Below, piece after piece: positions 57,698-64,000 of a stretch of DNA of 64,000 nucleotides. The notes beneath the pieces are model-generated. The model did not search any database. It was given only the letters and a program-made list of their open reading frames with translations, and had not been told where the DNA came from. Location: assembly GCA_005223185.1 (NCBI GenBank), contig NJBN01000007.1:1-64000 (forward strand), in the 5' to 3' direction. The translations under genes were made by a program, and so were the position numbers. How positions within the stretch are numbered: the first letter of the stretch is position 1; each line of letters begins with the position of its first letter. Source of the DNA: a candidate division LCP-89 bacterium B3_LCP. GTDB taxonomy: Bacteria > Electryoneota > B3-LCP.

Positions 57698-58662
57698 TCC
57701 GGCAGTTCCTGGAGTTTATTCCAGAGGTCATTTATCAGTTCTGTAATGCCTTCCCCGGTCACTGAAGATATTTTGCAATCATAATCGAGTTTCTCTGAAT
57801 CAATATCCACCTTTAGGTCCGACTTAGATAGCGCCACGACGCGAGGACGGCGCAGTAAATCAGAATTAAACTGGGCCAACTCATCTTCTAAAGTTTGTAC
57901 AGCATCCGCTGTCTCTGGGATGCTTGAATCTATCAGGAAAAGCAGGATTCTGGTTCTCTCGATATGCTTCAGAAATCTGTGTCCTAAACCCTTTCCCTGG
58001 TGAGCGCCCTCGATTAAACCGGGCAAGTCAGCCATGACGAAACTGCGGTATTCACCGGCAGATACAATTCCTAAGTATGGTTCCAAAGTGGTAAAGGGGT
58101 AATCGGCTATCTTCGGCCGGGCGTTGGATACGCGGGAAAGCAAAGTGGATTTACCGGCATTAGGCAGGCCTACAAGACCCACATCCGCGATCAGTTTTAA
58201 TTCCAGCTCGACCTTTAATTCGTCCCCGGGTTTTCCAGTCTCAAATTTGCGCGGAGCGCGATTAGTCGAAGTTGCAAAACGCGCATTTCCGCGACCGCCG
58301 CGTCCCCCTTCTGCGACCAGGAAAATCTGACCATCATCCACAAGGTCAGCCAGGATCTTCCCAGAATCAAGTTGCTTGACGATAGTCCCCGGTGGCACGG
58401 GGATGTAGAGGTCTTCCCCACTCCTGCCGGTTTTGTTGGAACCCAGACCGTGCCGTCCGCTTTGTCCCTTGAAGTGCTGGCGATAGCGAAAATCCATCAA
58501 AGTATGCACAGAGGGATCTACCCTGAAATAGATACAACCACCATGCCCGCCATCACCGCCATCCGGTCCACCCTTGGGAACGAACTTCTCCCTCCGGAAA
58601 CTCAGAGCTCCAGCGCCCCCGTCTCCAGCCTTCAAATAGATTTTAACCTGGTCGATAAACAT
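57694..58662 (-). CDS. obg: GTPase Obg/CgtA
   Basis: Obg-fold N-terminus (KAGDGGAGALSFRREKFVPKGGPDGGDGG), G-domain GLPNAGKST; start overlaps the dprA stop (ATGA). Confidence 0.9.
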   Translation of the reverse strand: MFIDQVKIYLKAGDGGAGALSFRREKFVPKGGPDGGDGGHGGCIYFRVDPSVHTLMDFRYRQHFKGQSGRHGLGSNKTGRSGEDLYIPVPPGTIVKQLDSGKILADLVDDGQIFLVAEGGRGGRGNARFATSTNRAPRKFETGKPGDELKVELELKLIADVGLVGLPNAGKSTLLSRVSNARPKIADYPFTTLEPYLGIVSAGEYRSFVMADLPGLIEGAHQGKGLGHRFLKHIERTRILLFLIDSSIPETADAVQTLEDELAQFNSDLLRRPRVVALSKSDLKVDIDSEKLDYDCKISSVTGEGITELINDLWNKLQELPE

Positions 58663-58820
58663 ATCTATTAACAGCGCAGTAATCCAACCATAAAATATAC
58701 ATGAAAAAATGATTTAAAGCAACGCATTTTAGCTGTAATACCAACAAATACCGACAACGGAACTTGACATTTGCCGTAATATTGCTTAACTTAATAGTGT
58801 ATAGTTTTCTGGAATAGAAT

Positions 58821-59288
58821 ATGCTCTCAGAAGAAATCAACATCGTCCTCCATAAGGAAGTGGTGAAGTTTACCCTTCACGACGTCCCCGACCGACCCGG
58901 CATGGCTGCTGAAATATTCGACAGCCTGAGCCGAAAAGACATTAATGTGGAGCTAGTGGTTCAAACCGCACGTGAAGGTGGTACAGCGGATATCTGCCTG
59001 GCTGTCTCCTGGGATGATGCCCAAAAAACTCTCGCCGAGTTAAAAATAGTTGAAGCGCAAAACCGAGCAGAAGGAATATCACAGGAAGAAGACATTGCAA
59101 TAATTACCATCGCTAAACAGGGTTTATCGCGGACACCGGGGCTGGCAGCAGGAATGTTTCGTGCTCTGGCGTGCAGTGGTATAAATATTGATCTAATATC
59201 GACCAGTCTCAACAGCATAACCTGCCTTATCAATCGCGAGAATGCAGATACTGCCCGCGAAGCAATAATCACTGAATTTGAGAAATAA
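58821..59288 (+). CDS. Tandem ACT domain protein (aspartokinase regulatory-domain-like)
   Basis: Two ACT-like beta-alpha-beta-beta-alpha-beta units (PDRPGMAAEIF ..., TPGLAAGMFRAL ...). Confidence 0.65.
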   Translation: MLSEEINIVLHKEVVKFTLHDVPDRPGMAAEIFDSLSRKDINVELVVQTAREGGTADICLAVSWDDAQKTLAELKIVEAQNRAEGISQEEDIAIITIAKQGLSRTPGLAAGMFRALACSGINIDLISTSLNSITCLINRENADTAREAIITEFEK

Positions 59289-59437
59289 TCACATCTGCAA
59301 CTATTCCTACCGAAGAAGTTCCACGACCTGACTTTCCATTTCACCCCTTCAACCCTCAAATTATCATTTATCACTTTAAGATTTCAGGATAATGTGACGA
59401 TAAGAGAAACGGTAAACTGTTATCTTCAGGTTGTTCT

Positions 59438-60847
59438 ATGCGCCGTGCGCGAATCTTAATAGTAGATGACGAAGCGGATATTTGCATTCTCTTAGCAGAA
59501 GCATTAGCTTCAGAGGAATGGATAGTTGAGTGGACCACGCGTCCTCTGCAAGCTTTGGACAGCATAAAATCCGAGCCCTTCGATCTCGTACTATTGGACA
59601 TCAAAATGCCGGAGATTTCCGGTCTGGAACTACTCCCACAGATTAAACAGGCTTCTCCTGAAACTGCGGTTACAATGATGAGCGCCTACGGCAATGTCGC
59701 CATGGCAGTGGAAGCCATGAAGGAAGGTGCTGAAGATTATTTAGAGAAGCCTTTTCAGGATTTCGAACAAGTGCGTTTAGCCATCAGCAGATTGGTAGCG
59801 ACTGCCAGAATGCGCATGGAAAACCGCATTCTCAAACAGCAGCTAGAAGAGAAATTCAGCCTGGATGGATTAGTAAGCGCCAGCCCCAGGATGCAGGAAG
59901 TTTTCGCTTTAGTGCGCAAAGTTGCGCCCATAAACACTACAACCCTTATATACGGTGAAACAGGCACCGGAAAAGAACTCATAGCCAGGACGCTGCACAG
60001 AAACAGCAAACGTTCCGAAGGTCCATTTGTCAGCGTAAACTGCGGAGGGTTACCAGAAGGACTTTTAGAATCACTGCTTTTTGGTCACGAAAAGGGTGCT
60101 TTTACCGGCGCCATAAGACGATCCAGAGGCTATTTCGAAGAGGCTGAAGGAGGTACATTATTTTTAGATGAAGTTGGCGAGACTCCTGCCTCTCTACAAG
60201 TTAAGCTTTTGCGTGTACTGCAGGAAAGAACATTCCAGCGGGTTGGTGGCGCCGAAGAGATCACCGCAGAAGTCCGCCTCATAGCTGCAACTAACAAAGA
60301 TTTAGAAAGTGAAGTAGTGAACAACAAATTCAGACAGGATCTGTTTTATAGATTAAATGTAATAACAATCGCCTTACCATCCCTTCGTGAGAGAAAGGAA
60401 GACATTCCCTTTCTGACGAAGTTCTTCATAGATAAGTATGCCAAGGCTTTCGAACGATCGGTGCATAATATCACTTCAAAAGCGGTTCATCACCTTTGTT
60501 CTTTCGACTGGCCCGGAAACGTAAGACAGTTAGAAAATACCATAGAGAGAGCCGTTGCGTTATCAGATAGTGAACAACTCGATCTTTCTGATCTGACAGC
60601 CGAATTGCAGGATCAAACCGGAGATTGGATTTCAGCTATCATCAACCTGCCTTTAAAACAGGCAAAACAAGAATTTGAACGGCGCTATCTGATTGAAAAC
60701 CTGAGACTCCACAACGGTAGAGTCACAGATGCGGCGCGGACTGCCGGTCTGCCCCGCCAGAACTACCACAGAAAGATGAAACAATTGGGTTTACCTTCCT
60801 CACGTGAGCTCGCCGATATGGCAAATCTTCAATTAGAACACTCTTGA
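59438..60847 (+). CDS. Sigma-54-dependent response regulator (NtrC/PilR-like), orphan
   Basis: REC domain, AAA+ domain with GAFTGA, C-terminal HTH; no cognate histidine kinase is adjacent. Confidence 0.85.
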   Translation: MRRARILIVDDEADICILLAEALASEEWIVEWTTRPLQALDSIKSEPFDLVLLDIKMPEISGLELLPQIKQASPETAVTMMSAYGNVAMAVEAMKEGAEDYLEKPFQDFEQVRLAISRLVATARMRMENRILKQQLEEKFSLDGLVSASPRMQEVFALVRKVAPINTTTLIYGETGTGKELIARTLHRNSKRSEGPFVSVNCGGLPEGLLESLLFGHEKGAFTGAIRRSRGYFEEAEGGTLFLDEVGETPASLQVKLLRVLQERTFQRVGGAEEITAEVRLIAATNKDLESEVVNNKFRQDLFYRLNVITIALPSLRERKEDIPFLTKFFIDKYAKAFERSVHNITSKAVHHLCSFDWPGNVRQLENTIERAVALSDSEQLDLSDLTAELQDQTGDWISAIINLPLKQAKQEFERRYLIENLRLHNGRVTDAARTAGLPRQNYHRKMKQLGLPSSRELADMANLQLEHS

Positions 60848-60870
60848 ATTTCATTCCAACTGCCACTAAA

Positions 60871-60975
60871 TGCGCATAATTGCGACATCAGCACAATTTT
60901 ATGACAAGTACGTAACACTTGAATTATTAAGTACTAACTATTACTTTATGGGATTTATCGTCGCATTAATGCGAC
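60871..60975. promoter_or_regulatory. Pair of palindromic candidate enhancer (UAS) sites for a sigma-54 activator
   Basis: TGCGCAtaatTGCGAC (60871..60886) and the perfect palindrome GTCGCAttaaTGCGAC (60960..60975), about 90 bp apart and 110-200 bp upstream of the -24/-12 element. Confidence 0.4.
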
Positions 60976-61066
60976 ACTTTTATCCCATTTTCGCATTTTG
61001 ACTTCTGTTTCTTTGAGAAGCATAAAAATGATATTCTATGATCTTTATTATCATAATGTTACAAAA

Positions 61067-61083
61067 TTGGCATAATGATTGTT
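61067..61083 (+). promoter_or_regulatory. Sigma-54 (-24/-12) promoter
   Basis: tTGGCATaatgaTTGTt matches TGGCAC-N5-TTGCW with correct GG-to-GC spacing; about 80 nt upstream of the pilin-like gene. Confidence 0.55.
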
Positions 61084-61159
61084 TATTACAGTAAAAATTT
61101 CGAACTCAGACAAACAAATCAATAACTAATCAATCCAATTCAATGCTTAAGGAGGTATC

Positions 61160-61573
61160 ATGGGTCAGCAACAACTCCTACTCATCGTTCTATCTGTAAT
61201 CATCGTTGGAATCGCGGTAATAGTAGGTATCAACATGTTCGCCGATCAGGCAGCTTCATCGAATCTTGATGCGGTCACTGCCGATCTTATTAACCTGGCT
61301 TCACGTGCACAGCAGCATTTTCGCCGCCCCACAGCTATGGGTGGTGGTGGTGGCACATTCACTCTCTTGTCTGCTGATGCCGCAGGGATGGCATATCTCA
61401 CCTCTCAGCCCACCAATGAGAACGGAGCTTATACGATTACCTCTGCAGGAAATGGCACAAGCGTTTCAGTCAAAGGAATTGGCTCAGAAGATGGTGACAA
61501 GGACGGAACCAACTGTACGGCGACTATTCAGGTTTGGTCAGACAGCATAGCGGTTGTAATTTCGAACCGTTAG
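61160..61573 (+). CDS. Pilin-like protein with a non-canonical N-terminus (putative major pilus subunit)
   Basis: Strong RBS aaggagg; MG-QQQLLLIVLSVIIVGIAVIVG hydrophobic N-terminal helix but no G/FTLIE prepilin motif; lies between the sigma-54 promoter and a strong terminator, upstream of pilC and pilB. Confidence 0.45.
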   Translation: MGQQQLLLIVLSVIIVGIAVIVGINMFADQAASSNLDAVTADLINLASRAQQHFRRPTAMGGGGGTFTLLSADAAGMAYLTSQPTNENGAYTITSAGNGTSVSVKGIGSEDGDKDGTNCTATIQVWSDSIAVVISNR

Positions 61574-61628
61574 GTTCAACAATGAAAACTATCACGGACT
61601 TTCAGCCTCTACCGACGTCCGTTGATAG

Positions 61629-61675
61629 CAGCCGGCGGATCATTACAACGATCCGCCGGCTGGTGAATATTTTTT
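61629..61675 (+). terminator. Rho-independent terminator after the pilin-like gene
   Basis: cagccggcggatc-attacaac-gatccgccggctg followed by a T-run. Confidence 0.65.
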
Positions 61676-61815
61676 AGTACAATAACCGGTAGAATTATTT
61701 CTACAAACAATAATCAAGGTCAGAAATATTCAATTAAGGATTTTATGTCATAAGCAAAGTTCACTAAATAGTAAGATCTACTATCTGATTGGTGTATCTA
61801 CAGGACGGGTTTACC

Positions 61816-63159
61816 ATGGCGGAATTTCGTTACCAGGGGATTGGGTTATCCGGTCGTATGATCCAGGGGATCATTTCGGCGAATAACAAACGTGATGCCA
61901 ACAGACGAGCTGAAGAGATAGCGCAAAGCAGGCGGTTCAAGCTTAGAAACCTGAATCGCAAAGCCACTTTTTTATACAAAGTAAGAAAAGGTCGTGAGGC
62001 TGCAATAAGTGGTCAGCAGAAGGCATTCAGTTCTGATGAAGTTCGCCGCGCTCTGGAAAAAATGGGCTATACGGTAGTTACCATTCAGAAGAAGCTAATT
62101 GACCTCAAATTAAAACCGCCCACCAAAGATGTAGTTATGTTCATCCGGCTTTCAGCCGACCTTCTGCGAGAAAAACTTCCCTACGATGAAATATTAAATC
62201 TTCTGTCCAACGATATGGACAACAAAAGCCTCAAGCAGACTCTGAAGGAAATTCATCAGGATCTGAAAGACGGCAAGGATGGCGTGGAAGTTTTCGGGAA
62301 ACAAGCTGATGCTATCGGAAAGTTCCCTGCCCACATGTTGGGAGTCGCTTCAAAATCAGGAAACATGGTCGAAATATACGAAGCGACAGCTAAGGTTTTA
62401 GAACGCAACGAAGAATTCAAGAAGAACTTGAAGAGCGCTCTGATTATGCCCAGTGTAGTGGTGCTGGCTTTGTTAGGCGCAGTCCTCTTCTACGTAGCCT
62501 ACATCTTTCCGGAAACTGCCAACATGTTCTTAAAGTTCGATATCGAGCTGCCCCCCATGACAGCAGCTACATTGCAAATGTCTGAATGGCTGCAAGACAA
62601 AGCTCTGCTTATTTTAGGAACGATTGTAGGCGCTGGAATATTTTTAGGTAGATTCTTTACAACACAAAAAGGACGTTTCTTCCTTTCAAGATACTTGATA
62701 AAAGTCCCGGTAATAGGAACTTTGATGCATAAGACGTCCATTGAAATATGGTGTCGAGTGTTCTATTCGCTCTATTCAGGATCTGGTGAAAATGTGGAAG
62801 CCATCAGAGTAGCGGCAGAAGCGTGCAGGAGCCCCTATATGGAACACAGGATAAAGGCAGTCGCTTTACCTTTAATGCTGAAGGAAGGGCAGGGGTTGGT
62901 CGAGGCGCTCGAAAAGACGGGAGTTTTTACGAAAAACGCTCTCTCCAGGTTGCATTCCGGCGCCGAAACCGGCACTATCAGGGAAACAGCCCTTCAAGTA
63001 GCAAATTACTACGAGAAAGAAACAACGCACAAACTCAGAAACATTATAGATTTAATTCAAGTTTTCATTGCCATGGCAATCATGATAGTCATGACAGCAA
63101 TAACCATAATAAGTTCAGAAACTGCCGTGATAAAGCCAAAAATGCCGGGTGTAGGTTAG
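61816..63159 (+). CDS. pilC: Type IV pilus/T2SS platform protein (PilC/GspF family)
   Basis: Two T2SS-F repeats, three TM helices; start set at MAEFRYQGIGLSG (the track ORF begins nine codons upstream). Confidence 0.85.
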   Translation: MAEFRYQGIGLSGRMIQGIISANNKRDANRRAEEIAQSRRFKLRNLNRKATFLYKVRKGREAAISGQQKAFSSDEVRRALEKMGYTVVTIQKKLIDLKLKPPTKDVVMFIRLSADLLREKLPYDEILNLLSNDMDNKSLKQTLKEIHQDLKDGKDGVEVFGKQADAIGKFPAHMLGVASKSGNMVEIYEATAKVLERNEEFKKNLKSALIMPSVVVLALLGAVLFYVAYIFPETANMFLKFDIELPPMTAATLQMSEWLQDKALLILGTIVGAGIFLGRFFTTQKGRFFLSRYLIKVPVIGTLMHKTSIEIWCRVFYSLYSGSGENVEAIRVAAEACRSPYMEHRIKAVALPLMLKEGQGLVEALEKTGVFTKNALSRLHSGAETGTIRETALQVANYYEKETTHKLRNIIDLIQVFIAMAIMIVMTAITIISSETAVIKPKMPGVG

Positions 63160-63162
63160 TTG

Positions 63163-64000
63163 ATGGCTGTAAAGGAAGACATAAAAAGAGGTACTCGCAG
63201 CGGCGAACTCCTGATAGATAGCGGTGTTATTGATCAGGACCTGTTGGATAAGGCGATTCTGATTCAATTGGCGGAAACCGGTTCTCACAGGAAATTAGGC
63301 GAGATACTTATAGAAGATCTTAACTGTGACCGGCATGAGATCTACAGAGAGTTGGCGCGAATATATGCATTTTCGGAAGTAGATTTAGAGAGGGAAGAAT
63401 TAACAGATCAGCGGAGTCAGTGGATTAAGAACATCTATGAGTCCGTTGATAAGGAACATCGAGATAAGTTAATAAATAACAATATACTTCCGTTCCGTTT
63501 AGATGGTAAAGAAAAAAATACCTTACTGATACTTACAGATGACCCTACTGATCGCGAACGTTTCAAAATAGCACAGAAGATCGGTTTTCGCCGCCTGGAG
63601 CTGGCTTACGCACGCAAGGAACTTGTTAAAAAGTGGATAGAGACAATCTATCCAACGACGAATGAATTTCTGCGGATCATTGAAGAGGTTTCTGGAACAG
63701 TTGAAAATCTTGATGACGGTGGTGGAGAAGAATGTGTTGATGAAGATGTTTTAGATCAGGAGATCAATCAATCATTACTTACAAATTTAATAGAGGGGTG
63801 TCTCGTTGAAGCAGTGCGAAGAGGGGTGTCGGATATTCACATAGTCCCTGGTGCAGGTGGATCTTCAGATTTTCTCTTTCGCGTAGATGGTAAACTGGAA
63901 AAATGGCATACTCAGGATAGCATTAAACCGGAAGCCATCTCAGCAGTTGTCAAGGACCGTTCCAGAAACGTGGATCGTTTTGAGAGAGAGGCTGCTCAGG
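63163..64000 (+). CDS. pilB: Type IV pilus/T2SS assembly ATPase (PilB/GspE family), 5' partial (runs off the window)
   Basis: GspE N-terminal domains; no stop codon before the window end; starts 3 nt after pilC. Confidence 0.8.
   Translation, partial: MAVKEDIKRGTRSGELLIDSGVIDQDLLDKAILIQLAETGSHRKLGEILIEDLNCDRHEIYRELARIYAFSEVDLEREELTDQRSQWIKNIYESVDKEHRDKLINNNILPFRLDGKEKNTLLILTDDPTDRERFKIAQKIGFRRLELAYARKELVKKWIETIYPTTNEFLRIIEEVSGTVENLDDGGGEECVDEDVLDQEINQSLLTNLIEGCLVEAVRRGVSDIHIVPGAGGSSDFLFRVDGKLEKWHTQDSIKPEAISAVVKDRSRNVDRFEREAAQ

Overview
This 64 kb window looks like chromosomal DNA from a Gram-negative bacterium of the FCB group. The evidence is five secreted proteins that end in the type IX secretion C-terminal sorting domain (motif NYPNPFNP ... 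KxxLxK), a flagellin, sigma-54 regulators and a type IV pilus-like cluster. GC content is moderate. Coding density is high, and almost every long ORF in the track is explained by a gene call. Housekeeping genes include tatD, rluB, selA, rlmN, nrdJ (class II ribonucleotide reductase), cobB, lpdA, uvrA, dprA, obg, an exbB-exbD-exbD-tonB operon and a tmRNA gene. Accessory content includes a MoxR/DUF58 operon with an unusual SppA fusion, an NfeD/stomatin cluster, two sigma-54 response regulators (one with a PDZ-containing histidine kinase), a pilin-like gene followed by pilC and pilB, a C25 (gingipain-like) peptidase, and several hypothetical proteins.

The most unusual signal is in the intergenic regions. 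Two families of mosaic palindromic repeats recur throughout the window. The first is built from modules I call A to F and occurs at six or more loci. One copy lies directly against the tmRNA 3' end. One core copy sits in-frame inside a coding sequence, and another copy lies upstream of the same gene with terminal inverted repeats, like a miniature inverted-repeat element. The second family (G) is a tandem unit of about 75 nt present at two loci.

Other notable observations are a SAM methyltransferase pseudogene broken by a 29-nt insertion, a duplicated ferredoxin-tail remnant beside it, a DprA/SLOG-like hypothetical protein next to tmRNA, and a non-canonical pilin gene behind a sigma-54 promoter with palindromic upstream activator sites.
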